Shown piece by piece: positions 25,991-36,716 of a stretch of DNA of 64,000 nucleotides; position 1 is the stretch's first letter, and each line of letters starts with the position of its first letter. The stretch spans positions 26,325 to 90,324 of the forward strand of contig LBWB01000008.1 in the NCBI GenBank assembly GCA_000993405.1. The letters are read 5' to 3'. The notes beneath the pieces were generated by a model. It worked only from the letters and a program-made list of their open reading frames with translations. It was not told where the DNA came from and ran no database searches. Both the position numbers and the translations under genes were made by a program. Source of the DNA: Candidatus Woesebacteria bacterium GW2011_GWB1_39_12. Lineage in GTDB: Bacteria; Patescibacteriota; Microgenomatia; UBA8517.

Positions 25991-27964
25991 TTATTGGAAT
26001 ACTTTACATACTCCCAATTCTTCCAGTTTACGCAAATAGTTTATCACTGTTATCACATACTCCCCATGACTTTCTACCAAGGGAGACGCAGAAAGATGAG
26101 CACCAGTATATGGGTCGAGCTGCTCCGGTAGGATTCCGGCAGGATTGGCATACTTAACTGCCCAAGAAAGATAGCGCTTAACTGGTTCCATGTCTGATTC
26201 GTTTTTTGCAATCGCAATATAATATTGAGCAAGCCGCATCGTAGTTATGATCCAGGGATTTCCAGGATAATTTCCTCCTTTATGGTGGTATGTGTCTCCT
26301 TCATAACGGGCTATTCCACCAACTTCTGTTTTTATTTCAAGCCTCTCAATTGTCTTTTCAACGGCTTTCTTAACTTTTGGATCATCAGCTGGCAAAACTC
26401 CGAACTCGTATATCCCATACACCGCTGAAGCGTCGATTGTCCTGTCGATTTCCATTTGTCTGCCTTCGGTATGTATCATTTGGTAGAAATACCCTTCTTT
26501 ATCGTCATATAAATATTTAAGAATTGCTTTTCTGATAGAATCGGCCGCTTCCTTATACTTTTGACTACTCTTTTCTTTACCCAAAAGTTTGGCAAATTTG
26601 GAAGCCACATTTAATGCTGCATAAACACTACTTGCTGTAAATGTCGTTATACCATAATACTGTTCCCAAATATCATAACTTGCCGCAGGAAGTGCCGTTT
26701 TTTCATCTCGATAATTTACCATAAATTCAGCAGCTTCTTTAATTAGGCTATTATAAATACCCTCAATGAATTCCAAATCTTTGGAAAGCTCATAGTATTT
26801 CCAAAGTGCAAAGATGACCAGTGCTGTTTCATCCTCCTGAATAGGGTATTGTTTTCTTCCACCGTTTACCCAGGGGTGCCAAGAACTTCCAAGAGATTTG
26901 TCAGGTCTATACTTATGCATAAAATAACCTTCGCCTGTTATAGTGTCCTCACAAAATTCAAAAAAACGCTTCGTTGAATTAAAATCTCCGGCTTTTTCGA
27001 GTGCAATCGCCGCAACCGATGAATCTCTTGGCCAGACATACCTGTAATAATCGCGACCAAATTGAAGCATTTCCGAATCCCCTGAGGCAATTATTGCTCC
27101 GTTTTTGGCTACATGGGCTCGAATATAAAAAAGAGACTTTTGGAATAAATCGATAACTTCCTGTTCAAGTCCATAAAAACTAAAATTTTGAACATTCACC
27201 CAGGCTCGCCAATAATCTGTCGTTGACTCGATGATCTCTTTAGGGTGTCGTGTTAAAATTTCCTCGTTAAGTTTCTTCGCTGCGTCAATAGATTTTGCTA
27301 TACAAATCCAATAGTAAACAATTGTTTCCTTATTAGGTTGCACCTCTACAGTAAGTCCTATTACGGAGTCGACTTGCCCATGTTCAATGGGATTTCCGGA
27401 CAGCTTTCCGTCTTCAGCATCTCTATAAGTACCTATCTGTCCCTCGATTCCGATAAGACCAATACTGTATTCGTCAAAGCCAGGATCTTCGGATAATGTA
27501 TTAATCAAAAATACCCGTCTACCTTTATAGTGGATTATCACTTCTTCTCTTGGATCATAATACGCAGTATCTCCAATATGTGTCTCGGAGATGTTGAATT
27601 GCTGGTTAAAAAAAAGTTTTACATTTCTTTTCCTGTCAAAAAGATTTTTGATGGTTATTTCCCTTATAAACATATTTTTTTCATTATAAATAACGTCCGT
27701 AAAGTGTAGTTCTATGCCAAAAGACTCATTTTTAGCAACTATATCGCTTGCCATTGTTCCTTTTTGGGAACGGACTTCGATATTCCATCCCCCATCATCA
27801 AACCAAGAAAACTTATTATCGACATATATACCTATTTTATGGGTTAAATATTCACCAACATGATTTTCCAATCCGGGATAATGAAAATAAAGATCTTTTA
27901 TCTGTCCGAAGGCATCAAGACCAACAAGAACTGTTCCGTTGCCGAGATTTATTGCTTTAGGCAT
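25991..27964 (-). CDS. Glycoside hydrolase family 15 glucoamylase / glucodextranase (bacterial-archaeal type)
   Basis: About 657 aa with an N-terminal beta-domain and an (alpha/alpha)6 catalytic region containing 'YRYVWPRDSS'. The track start at 28003 is a TTG. The ATG at 27964 ('MPKAINLGNG') is preferred because the upstream 40 bp carries a conserved noncoding repeat motif. Confidence 0.7.
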   Translation of the reverse strand: MPKAINLGNGTVLVGLDAFGQIKDLYFHYPGLENHVGEYLTHKIGIYVDNKFSWFDDGGWNIEVRSQKGTMASDIVAKNESFGIELHFTDVIYNEKNMFIREITIKNLFDRKRNVKLFFNQQFNISETHIGDTAYYDPREEVIIHYKGRRVFLINTLSEDPGFDEYSIGLIGIEGQIGTYRDAEDGKLSGNPIEHGQVDSVIGLTVEVQPNKETIVYYWICIAKSIDAAKKLNEEILTRHPKEIIESTTDYWRAWVNVQNFSFYGLEQEVIDLFQKSLFYIRAHVAKNGAIIASGDSEMLQFGRDYYRYVWPRDSSVAAIALEKAGDFNSTKRFFEFCEDTITGEGYFMHKYRPDKSLGSSWHPWVNGGRKQYPIQEDETALVIFALWKYYELSKDLEFIEGIYNSLIKEAAEFMVNYRDEKTALPAASYDIWEQYYGITTFTASSVYAALNVASKFAKLLGKEKSSQKYKEAADSIRKAILKYLYDDKEGYFYQMIHTEGRQMEIDRTIDASAVYGIYEFGVLPADDPKVKKAVEKTIERLEIKTEVGGIARYEGDTYHHKGGNYPGNPWIITTMRLAQYYIAIAKNESDMEPVKRYLSWAVKYANPAGILPEQLDPYTGAHLSASPLVESHGEYVITVINYLRKLEELGVCKVFQ

Positions 27965-28035
27965 AATGAATAAAAAATCCAAATTCCAAAACTCAAATGC
28001 CAAATGAATGCTAAAAAAATATTCAAATTTTAAAT

Positions 28036-29316
28036 TTATTCATTTAAGTATTTGGTTTGACTTGACATTTGTAATTTGTCATTTGTAATTTTAGGTACAT
28101 TTCTACCTCTTGATCTTGTTTTTGCATGTTTTATCCTTATCTTCAAATCCGTTGCCGCATTCATAAACGATATAAATGCATCATAGGGACTTTCGTACGG
28201 GTTAAAATATTTATGAACATCCCCGTCGGAAAACCATTTCGTACACATATAGTAAAAATGGTCCGACGTCTGAAGTTTTCTCCAGTCGTCAATAAGGCGC
28301 TTATCATTTGTTTCCAAGACATTATTTTCCAAAGAATATATAAGTTTAATCGCAGATTTTTGTATCGAATTTCCAACCCAAGCTGATAAATCGCGTTCCG
28401 TATCCGCCCAGGTCACTATATAGGGAACGTCAATTTCGTCCATCACGGGATATTTTTTTACAGCATCACTTGGGGTTATAAAGTCATTATCAGGATGCTT
28501 CAGAATTTCCTTTGGAAGTTCTTCTAAAAAATCGAAGATTCCGGTTTCTGCCCACTGATGTTCACCGAAAGTCTCATAATCCATGAAAAGGTTGACCACT
28601 TGTCCGTTCCCATTGATGTCAGATACCCATTTCCCGAACTTTTCTGAAGTCAAAGGCCATTCCTTCCAGGTTTTTTCCGAAAATCTGAAGGCTAAATCAT
28701 CCGAAAGTTTATAGTTTTTAAGAAGAAGCTTAATTTTTTTCGCCCCCTTCGGTTTGTAAACAAAATTTGGGCTACGCCAACCCAAAAAAGAATCCCAGCC
28801 TTCGGCTAAAATTGCTTTATATCCCGCCTTATCCGCCCATTTGGCAAGTTCATTTGTGTAAGCCAATTCTGTATTTCTGAAAACAGACGGTGTAATTCCG
28901 AAAATTTCCATAATTTTTTCTTTGTGAAACTTGACCTGCGACTCAAACTCCAAAGTGGAATAAAAAAAGGCCAAAGAGTGATAATAGGTTTCAGAAAGGA
29001 TCTCAACCCTCCCCGAATCGACAAGTTTCTTAAAAGAGTTCAATACTTTCTTATGGTTTTTCTCAAACTGCTCCAATATGACTCCAGAAAATGAGAAAGA
29101 AATCTTAAACTGAGGATATTTCTTCAAAAGACCTAAAAGCAGTTCGTTTGCGGGTAAATATGACTTTTCCGATACTTTGGAAAGAATTTTATTATTATTT
29201 AAGTTTGTATCCGAATTATCGTTAAAATACTCATGATCCAAACCAACATCAAACACCCTGTAGCGCTTTACGCGCAAAGGCTGATGTACTTGAAAATAAA
29301 GACATATCGATGGCAT
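28036..29316 (-). CDS. Glycoside hydrolase family 57 (alpha-amylase / 4-alpha-glucanotransferase type)
   Basis: N-terminus 'LYFQVHQPLR' and overall GH57 architecture. 426 aa. Confidence 0.7.
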   Translation of the reverse strand: MPSICLYFQVHQPLRVKRYRVFDVGLDHEYFNDNSDTNLNNNKILSKVSEKSYLPANELLLGLLKKYPQFKISFSFSGVILEQFEKNHKKVLNSFKKLVDSGRVEILSETYYHSLAFFYSTLEFESQVKFHKEKIMEIFGITPSVFRNTELAYTNELAKWADKAGYKAILAEGWDSFLGWRSPNFVYKPKGAKKIKLLLKNYKLSDDLAFRFSEKTWKEWPLTSEKFGKWVSDINGNGQVVNLFMDYETFGEHQWAETGIFDFLEELPKEILKHPDNDFITPSDAVKKYPVMDEIDVPYIVTWADTERDLSAWVGNSIQKSAIKLIYSLENNVLETNDKRLIDDWRKLQTSDHFYYMCTKWFSDGDVHKYFNPYESPYDAFISFMNAATDLKIRIKHAKTRSRGRNVPKITNDKLQMSSQTKYLNE

Positions 29317-29597
29317 AACTTAAAAAATTTCCAATTTCCAATGGTTCGACAAGCTCACCATCCCGAGCGAAGTCGAGGGATTTCCAATTTCCAATAAATT
29401 TTTAAAATTCAAAAAATGTGAGGCAATCTTTTTGAAGAAGACTTCGCAGCCAAGCTTGTAAGCACTTTTTTTTAAATTCAGATTGTAGAGCTTGGCGAGA
29501 ACTTCAGGCACCGCCATGGAATCATTTATCTTAATAAGTAAAGACGGGCGAGTGCCGTTTCTGAAAAAAGTATTGCCGAACATAATAGTTGTGATTA

Positions 29598-30791
29598 TTA
29601 AACAAGTTGGTTGTAAACACTTAACACTTCATCTGCCGCTCGGGACCAGCTAAAGTAGCTAATCTCTTTTTCGCTTTCAGTTTTCAGGTTATCTTTCAGG
29701 CTCCTGTGTCTTAAGACCGCGACAATCTTATTAGCCATTTCGTCAACATCCCAAAAATCGCACTTCAGTGCGTTTTTCAGTATTTCGGAAACTCCTGATT
29801 GTTTTGAAATTAAAACCGGAGTTCCATTGACTACCGACTCCAAGGCAGTAATACCGAAAGGTTCCGAAACCGAAGGCATAACATAAAGGTCAGCCGCCTG
29901 AAAAATCCTGTCTCTCTCATCTCCCCTTAAGAATCCGGTAAAAATAAATTTATCAAGAATACCCGCGTTCGCTGCTTCGGACATCATCTGACCTTCCATA
30001 TCTCCCGATCCTGTTACAACAAATATTACCTTGGGGAAATATTGGGACGCGATTTTTGCAGCTCGCACAAAATATTCGGGACCCTTTTGTATTGTAATCC
30101 TGCCCAAGTAGAGTACTATCTTATAACCTATTTTCTTAAATGCAGTCAAAGATGGAGGAAGATTTTTTCGGTTATCATCAACTCCGTTGTAAACAATCTC
30201 GATTTTATCGGCATTTATCCCATACTTATCTTTAATTATTTCCTTCATGTATCCTCCAACGGGTAGGATCCTTTCTGCTTCTTCGAATCCTTTTTTCTCA
30301 ATTTCATAAACGGCAGGGTTGGGATTATTTCCGCCCGTCCGGTTATATTCCGTCGAATGAACATGAACAACAAGGGGCTTATTAAGTATTTGTTTTGCAA
30401 CTATAGCAGCTGGATATGTCAGCCAATCGTGAGCATGAATGACATCAATACTATTATTAAGATGTTTCAATAAAAGTTTTACTTTTTCTGCAAACTTTAA
30501 GGAAGAAGACACATAGTCCTGAAAACCTGGTGCGCTATCAACCGGAAAAAGTCTGGACCAGGAAGTTCTGGTTGTGTATACCGAGACAAGAGCTTCGCTT
30601 GCTTCATCTACGTCGGCAAAAATAAGGTTCAGAAAATCGACTTTTAAATCGAGTCGTTTAGGTAAAATAAAAGTTATGCCGACACCCTTTTTACTGAGGG
30701 CGCGCGTTAGACCTACACAAGCCTCGCCCAAACCTCCGCTATTAAAAGGAGGCCCCCACTCCCATCCCAACATCAATACTTTCGGAGGCAT
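29598..30791 (-). CDS. Glycogen(starch)-synthase-like glycosyltransferase (GT4/GT5, group 1)
   Basis: 'MPPKVLMLGWEWGPPFNSGGLGEACVGLTRAL' is GlgA-like. The C-terminal GT-B domain has 'FVVTGSGDME' and 'E...ESVVNGTPVL'. Confidence 0.65.
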   Translation of the reverse strand: MPPKVLMLGWEWGPPFNSGGLGEACVGLTRALSKKGVGITFILPKRLDLKVDFLNLIFADVDEASEALVSVYTTRTSWSRLFPVDSAPGFQDYVSSSLKFAEKVKLLLKHLNNSIDVIHAHDWLTYPAAIVAKQILNKPLVVHVHSTEYNRTGGNNPNPAVYEIEKKGFEEAERILPVGGYMKEIIKDKYGINADKIEIVYNGVDDNRKNLPPSLTAFKKIGYKIVLYLGRITIQKGPEYFVRAAKIASQYFPKVIFVVTGSGDMEGQMMSEAANAGILDKFIFTGFLRGDERDRIFQAADLYVMPSVSEPFGITALESVVNGTPVLISKQSGVSEILKNALKCDFWDVDEMANKIVAVLRHRSLKDNLKTESEKEISYFSWSRAADEVLSVYNQLV

Positions 30792-30927
30792 ATAATTACG
30801 TATTACGAAATACCGCTACGGCGGTACATTACTTTAACTTCAATACCATAGTAGCAGGGTTTTGAATACAAATAAAAGGGGCAATTTTAATAAATTGTGA
30901 AGCTAACGGTACATTTTTAAAAATTAT

Positions 30928-31128
30928 TTACAAAGATCCTTGTTTGGCATGACTTTCTAATACTTTTTTTATCTCTTCCAGTTGTGATTGATCCTTATTT
31001 TTTAGACTATTCCAGAGATTCTTACACTCTTCACAACTTCCGGCATCCCTTAAGTAAGTGTCATATTTGGATACAGCCTGAGCTTTTTTAGTCAGGGATT
31101 TAATAAGATTATACGTATGATTATTCAC
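30928..31128 (-). CDS. Small hypothetical protein (66 aa) downstream of the Clp-like ATPase
   Basis: Complete ORF with a CxxC-like 'CEEC'. No homolog recognised. Confidence 0.3.
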   Translation of the reverse strand: MNNHTYNLIKSLTKKAQAVSKYDTYLRDAGSCEECKNLWNSLKNKDQSQLEEIKKVLESHAKQGSL

Positions 31129-31157
31129 TCTTTTTCACCACCTTTGTAATTTACACT

Positions 31158-33692
31158 TCAAGTTGTCTTCTCGATCCGGTATTCCTCTTTTCCTTCCCCG
31201 GGTAGAAGTTTTATTTTATCTCCTTCTCTTACTTCCTCTTTTAATATTGCTCTTCCGATAAGGTCCCCTAATACAATGTTCAAAATCCTTTTCATGGGTC
31301 TTGCACCGAATGCAGGATCATACCCATCTTTAGCCAGTTTCTGGGCAGTATCATCCGTAACCGTGAGCATAATGTTTTTCTTTTTAAGATTTTCGGCAAG
31401 TTCTGCAAGCATTAGGTGGGCAATTTTGACAAGGTCATCTGGTTTTAAAGGTTCGTAAACAACCACTCCGTCAAATCTATTTAAAAACTCGGGAGAAAAT
31501 ATTTCTTTTTCCAAAACATAGTTCACAACAGATTTCTGAAGATCCTCACCTGCAACTGTCTTATTAACGAGTTGTCTAACGTATTCGGCACCCGCATTTG
31601 AGGTTCCTATAACAAAAAGGTGACGACAGATAATCTTTTTGCCAAAAGCATCGGTTATAACTCCCTCATCAAGAAGCGACAAGAAAAGGTTGTAAATTTC
31701 TTTTGTAGCCTTCTCAATCTCGTCCAGAAGAAGCAAACTTGCAGGTTTGTTTTTTATGGCAGTCGTTAATGCACCCGGCATATTCTTTGAAACAGAACCG
31801 ATTAACCTTTCCAGACCTTCTTTCCCGGAATATTCTGCCATATCGAATCGCAGAATATTTTCGCTAGTTCCATAGTAAACATTGGCCAAAACTTTGGCTG
31901 TTTCGGTCTTCCCAACTCCGGTCGGACCCAAAAAAAGAAATGATCCCAAAGGCCTATCCTCTTTGATCACTCCAACGGTTTTTGCCCGAAGCGTCTTCCC
32001 TATAAGATTAATGGCAACATCCTGATCAATCAGTCTTTCATGAATAATGTCTTCAATTTTCTCAAGTCTCTTTTTCTCCTCGCCGGTAAGTCTTGCAAAT
32101 GATATTCCAGTTTTTTCGGCCAAGACGGCGTCTGCATCATCGATTATTACAACTCCTCCACCTTGTTGTTCTTTAAAAGAAATAACCGCATCTAAAAGCT
32201 CTAATGCTTTTTCCGGAAACGGAACCTCGGTGATATATCGGTCGGATTCCTCGAGAATATGTCGCAAGGAGGGCATTGTGATTATTAATCCTGTGAGTAA
32301 CTCCCAACGTTTGGCTGCATCAATAAGTATTTGCATTGCTTCATCCTTTGAGGGAGGAGTAACTTCCACTTTTTCTAAAAATTTTCTTATCCTCAAGTTT
32401 CCCGCAATAAATCTCTCGTATTCTGTGTTTGTCGAAACAGCAATAATTTTTAAAGCTCTTTTTTCAAGATAGCCTTCGATTACGTCCGTGAAATCATATC
32501 CTTCGACGTCGGGATTAATAAGCCTTTGGATATCTCGAACCATGAGAATTATATTTCCGGCGGACGACGCCTCCGCCAAAATTTCTGCAAGCTCCGTTTT
32601 TTTCTTGTTAACATCCGTCGCCTTCGATAGAAGTGCATTATAATCAAACTCCAGTACTCTCTTGAAAGCCATTTCCCTACCTAGTTCTCCGCTTGCCACA
32701 CGTCTCGCGAACTCCAAAACAACGGTTTTTTTACCAACCCCAGGCTGCCCCATCAAAAGAACGCTGCTTCCTGCGGCAAGTATCCTTTCCATTCGGGAAA
32801 CTATTTGACCCCTTCCTATCAACCGGTGGGAAAAAGATTGGGGAAGACTTAAATCAACTGAATATTGGTTAAGTACGGGTGTATAACCAAAAGTAAGTTC
32901 AAGTGCAATACCCGGCCTACCGAAATAAGGTTCGTCAAAAGACGTTTCTTCCTGCTCCCTTCTGTCCCACCAGCTTGCAGCCAAAATTAAATCTTCAGGT
33001 GTGATTTCTTTTTTGTTGAAAAAATCTGATCTCCAAACATTATTTTTAACAAGGTAGGTTATAATTTCTTCAAAAGATTCAAAAGATTCTTTCCCAAATG
33101 TTGCTTTTTCCATGTTGGCATTTTGCAAAAATTCCTCAAGATTTACATTTGTATGAGAAAGCATGAAAGTACCAGCCGTACTTCCCAAAATTGCATTTAA
33201 AGGGTCGAGTTTCTCCGATTTTATTTTAAAGAGAAGCTCGCTTATATAATTCTTAACCTGTTTTTTGTATCTCGAATAAACAGAAAGGCCGAAAAAAGGC
33301 ATGATAACCCAAAAGACTAACCCAATTGCTCCGCCGATAAACCCAAAGATTATCAATATAAGACCAATCCAAAACAAAATAAAGCGAACCATGGCTCCAA
33401 CACCTCTTGAAACGAGATTAAAAGTAAATGCCTCAAACTTTTTCTGAAAATTAAAACCTGGAGTTGTATCGACTACAATCATCCTTTTCCAGGGCGAAAA
33501 AAGGGTTTTAAGAAGAAGTGGTAACGAAAAATAGTGGGTAAACCAATTGACAGTTGAAAGCCAACTTTTTACATAGTAATTAATCCCTTTCGTATAATGC
33601 CAGGCAAGAAATTCCATGATAATACCATGATAACATTTATGACGTCCTCCCCGCACTAAAAGTGCTGGATCCCACCAATAGGAAGACGGCAT
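31158..33692 (-). CDS. Membrane-anchored Clp/Hsp100-like ATPase with two AAA+ modules (ClpA/ClpC-like, no M-domain)
   Basis: D1 contains 'LLMGQPGVGKKTVV'. D2 contains 'LFLGPTGVGKTETAKVLA' and sensor/arginine regions. The N-terminal ~150 aa contain a TM hairpin ('VRFILFWIGLILIIFGFIGGAIGLVFWVIMPFFGLSV') instead of a Clp-N domain. The real start may be the internal Met of 'MEFLAWHY' (~33617). Confidence 0.7.
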   Translation of the reverse strand: MPSSYWWDPALLVRGGRHKCYHGIIMEFLAWHYTKGINYYVKSWLSTVNWFTHYFSLPLLLKTLFSPWKRMIVVDTTPGFNFQKKFEAFTFNLVSRGVGAMVRFILFWIGLILIIFGFIGGAIGLVFWVIMPFFGLSVYSRYKKQVKNYISELLFKIKSEKLDPLNAILGSTAGTFMLSHTNVNLEEFLQNANMEKATFGKESFESFEEIITYLVKNNVWRSDFFNKKEITPEDLILAASWWDRREQEETSFDEPYFGRPGIALELTFGYTPVLNQYSVDLSLPQSFSHRLIGRGQIVSRMERILAAGSSVLLMGQPGVGKKTVVLEFARRVASGELGREMAFKRVLEFDYNALLSKATDVNKKKTELAEILAEASSAGNIILMVRDIQRLINPDVEGYDFTDVIEGYLEKRALKIIAVSTNTEYERFIAGNLRIRKFLEKVEVTPPSKDEAMQILIDAAKRWELLTGLIITMPSLRHILEESDRYITEVPFPEKALELLDAVISFKEQQGGGVVIIDDADAVLAEKTGISFARLTGEEKKRLEKIEDIIHERLIDQDVAINLIGKTLRAKTVGVIKEDRPLGSFLFLGPTGVGKTETAKVLANVYYGTSENILRFDMAEYSGKEGLERLIGSVSKNMPGALTTAIKNKPASLLLLDEIEKATKEIYNLFLSLLDEGVITDAFGKKIICRHLFVIGTSNAGAEYVRQLVNKTVAGEDLQKSVVNYVLEKEIFSPEFLNRFDGVVVYEPLKPDDLVKIAHLMLAELAENLKKKNIMLTVTDDTAQKLAKDGYDPAFGARPMKRILNIVLGDLIGRAILKEEVREGDKIKLLPGEGKEEYRIEKTT

Positions 33693-33780
33693 ATTAATGT
33701 TCGATTCATCTCAAGCCTGCTGAATAAATTTAGCTTCAAAACAACGAAAAATCAGAGGGTGGATAAAGGGAAGTTCGAAC

Positions 33781-35157
33781 TTATTTACTATTTTGAATCA
33801 CTTTGACTTGGCAAAGCTCTTGTAATCCATGAATACCTCTTTCCCTACCTATCCCAGAATCTTTGTAACCTCCAAAAGGATCGCACGCCAAAAATCTGGA
33901 TTCATAATTTATTGATATAGTTCCGGCATCAATTTTTGCAGCAACTCTTTCGGCTCTTTTTAAGTCTGCCGACATCACTCTTCCTGTAAGTCCATAAGCT
34001 GTATCGTTTGTAAGTTCGATAGCTTCTTTTTCATTTTTGAAAGTGACAATTGGAAATAACGGACCAAAAACTTCTTCTTTCCATACCCTCATATTTTTCT
34101 TAATGTTGGTTAAAAGAGTTGGAGGAAAAAATGCACCTTTTAAACCTTTTGGGATTTTCGTTTGAGCGACAATCACGGCTCCTTTATCAAGAGCATCTTG
34201 CAGTTGTTCTTTTATCAAAACCAATTGACGCTTTGCAACCAGACTCCCAAGATCGGTGCTTACACTTAAAGGATCTCCTATTTTTTGTTTTTCAACAATG
34301 TTAGAAAGCACAGCAGTTAATTTACCTTCAACTCCTTCATGGACAATCAGTCTTTTTAGAGCACTGCACACCTGGCCGCAGTGACGAAACCTCCCACCAA
34401 AAATTACCGGGGCAGCTAAGTCTATATTAATGTCATCAAAGACTACACAAGGACTGGAACCCCCCATTTCCAAAACAACTTTTATAAATTTATCTGCTGC
34501 AGTTTTATAAAGAGATTTTCCTGTTCTTGTGCTTCCAGTAAACCAAATCAAGTTAATATCACTTTCTGAAAGCTTTTTACCAACATATCCCGCACCATAC
34601 ACCTCCGAAAACACACTTTCTGGAAGTTTATGGTTGAGAATTATCTCTTCCATCAATTTCCCAACCATAGGACTTTCTTCTGAAATCTTGAATACTACAG
34701 GGTTTCCCACTACTAAATTAGGAAATATTCCCCAAACAGACATTCCAAATGGAAAATTCCAAGGAGCAATACACGCTGCAACTCCGGTTGGCTCATATAC
34801 TATTCGATGAATTGATTTTTCATCATCTAGAGTTATTTCATCAGCTAAAGCTCTCGGTCCATTTTCTAAAAACCAGCTCAGCTCATCTGTATACCTTGTT
34901 ACTTCGGAAATACTTTCAGTAATTACTTTGCCAGTTTCAATACTTATTAGTTTGGCTATTTCGTCTTTCCTATCCCTAAATTCATCTCTAATGGGTTCTA
35001 GAAGTTTTACCCTGCCTTTTACACCTAATTCCTTCCAATAAGTTTTTACTTTTTGAGCTTTAGTAACTTTGGAAGCAATTTCAGAGTCAGTAGATACTTT
35101 AACTTTGCCGACGACTTTGTAATTTTCTGCGGGATTTGTTGAAATTAAATATGCCAT
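33781..35157 (-). CDS. NAD(P)-dependent aldehyde dehydrogenase
   Basis: 458 aa with the catalytic Cys block 'CGQVCSA', 'LEMGG' and 'EEVFGP'. Confidence 0.8.
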   Translation of the reverse strand: MAYLISTNPAENYKVVGKVKVSTDSEIASKVTKAQKVKTYWKELGVKGRVKLLEPIRDEFRDRKDEIAKLISIETGKVITESISEVTRYTDELSWFLENGPRALADEITLDDEKSIHRIVYEPTGVAACIAPWNFPFGMSVWGIFPNLVVGNPVVFKISEESPMVGKLMEEIILNHKLPESVFSEVYGAGYVGKKLSESDINLIWFTGSTRTGKSLYKTAADKFIKVVLEMGGSSPCVVFDDINIDLAAPVIFGGRFRHCGQVCSALKRLIVHEGVEGKLTAVLSNIVEKQKIGDPLSVSTDLGSLVAKRQLVLIKEQLQDALDKGAVIVAQTKIPKGLKGAFFPPTLLTNIKKNMRVWKEEVFGPLFPIVTFKNEKEAIELTNDTAYGLTGRVMSADLKRAERVAAKIDAGTISINYESRFLACDPFGGYKDSGIGRERGIHGLQELCQVKVIQNSK

Positions 35158-35412
35158 ATTACAAAGGCATTATATATTGATTGCTAGTATTTTGTAATAT
35201 TTAGTTACATATTGGAGTTTTAAATTTGTGCGTAAAAAGTTCGAATACTTTCCATCCAGCCATGAACCCCGGAGTTTTCTCGAATACTGCTATAATTTTA
35301 TCTTCGAATCAAACGAAAATGTTTTACAATTCACCTTGTTTGAGGAAATCCGAACATAGTTTGTTATTCGCATTCACTCGTATATTTACATCGCTTTTGT
35401 TACAATCAAAAA

Positions 35413-36603
35413 ATGCTTAAACCGACCGATTGGATTATCGACGAACTTGAAAATCTCAAAAACCAAGGGCTTCTTATAAATATCCGAACTATCGAATCTC
35501 CAATGGGCTCCAAAATCAAAGTTAATGGAGAATGGGTTTTGAATTTTTGCTCGAATAACTACTTAGGATTGGCTAATGACTCCCGACTTAAGAAAGCTGC
35601 AAAAGAGGCAATTGATAAATACGGCATCGGACCAACTGCGGTTAGGACTATTGCAGGAACAACCGAGCTTCATCTAAAACTTGAAAAGGCTCTTGCAAAA
35701 TTCAAAAAGGTTGAAGATGTTATAACTTTTCAGTCTGGATTCAACGCGAATATAGCAACAATTCCGACACTTGTCGATGAGGGGGGTTTAATTTTTTCAG
35801 ACGAGCTAAATCACGCAAGCATAATTGACGCCTGCCGCTTGTCTAAAGCAGAAGTTGTGAGGTACAAACATTGCGATCCAAAAGATCTAGAACATAAGTT
35901 ATTAGAAACTAAAAAACTTAAAAACTTAAAAACAAAAAAACTCATTGTCACTGATGGGGTATTTTCAATGGACGGAGATATTGCCCCACTTCCCGAAATT
36001 CAAAAATTATCTGAAAAATACGGATGTATTTTGATGGTTGATGACGCGCACGGAGAAGGAGTTTTGGGCAAAAACGGTCGCGGTGTTGTAGATTACTTCA
36101 ATCTGCATGGAAAGGTAGATCTCGAAATTGGAACAATGAGCAAGGCTTTTGGGGTAGTTGGAGGTTATGTTGCTGGAAGAAAAATAATTATTGATTGGCT
36201 AAGGCAACGCGCTCGTCCATTTCTCTTTTCTTCAGCTATGACTATTCCAGACGTTGCCGGCTGTCTTGCCGCAGTAAAAATTCTCAACAAATCTGACAAG
36301 CAAGTTGTAAAACTCTGGGAAAACACACGCTACTTTAAAAAAGGACTGGCTAAATTAGGGTTTGACATCGGAAAAAGCCAAACACCGATTGTTCCGGTCA
36401 TGCTTGGAGAAGCAAAACTTGCACAGGAATTCAGTAAGAAATTATTTGAAGAAGGAATTTTCGCTATGGCAATCGGCTACCCGACTGTCCCGCAAGGCAA
36501 AGCCCGAATCCGTGTAATGATGAGCGCAAGTCATTCCCGAAAAGAACTTGATATATGTCTTGATGCGTTTTCAAAAATAGGGGAAAAATTGGGTGTAATA
36601 TAG
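35413..36603 (+). CDS. kbl: 2-amino-3-ketobutyrate CoA ligase (glycine C-acetyltransferase), alpha-oxoamine synthase family
   Basis: PLP lysine 'GTMSKAFG' and '[10 protein letters not shown]'. A threonine-dehydrogenase-like gene lies immediately downstream. TACAAT sits 8 nt before the ATG. Confidence 0.8.
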   Translation: MLKPTDWIIDELENLKNQGLLINIRTIESPMGSKIKVNGEWVLNFCSNNYLGLANDSRLKKAAKEAIDKYGIGPTAVRTIAGTTELHLKLEKALAKFKKVEDVITFQSGFNANIATIPTLVDEGGLIFSDELNHASIIDACRLSKAEVVRYKHCDPKDLEHKLLETKKLKNLKTKKLIVTDGVFSMDGDIAPLPEIQKLSEKYGCILMVDDAHGEGVLGKNGRGVVDYFNLHGKVDLEIGTMSKAFGVVGGYVAGRKIIIDWLRQRARPFLFSSAMTIPDVAGCLAAVKILNKSDKQVVKLWENTRYFKKGLAKLGFDIGKSQTPIVPVMLGEAKLAQEFSKKLFEEGIFAMAIGYPTVPQGKARIRVMMSASHSRKELDICLDAFSKIGEKLGVI

Positions 36604-36716
36604 AAATATGCCATGGTCTTATTCCTGCTCTTTCTGAATTAAAAAAATATAACATTGTTGCGCTCGATATCCGAGAACTCGATGACGCACTCAAACCTTT
36701 CGTTCATGAAACAATC

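Noticed and set aside
29320-29583. 87-aa ORF between the glycogen-synthase-like gene and GH57
   Set aside because: It lies in a repeat-rich promoter region (TTTCCAATTTCCAAT x2) and has no protein-like features. It is probably noncoding.
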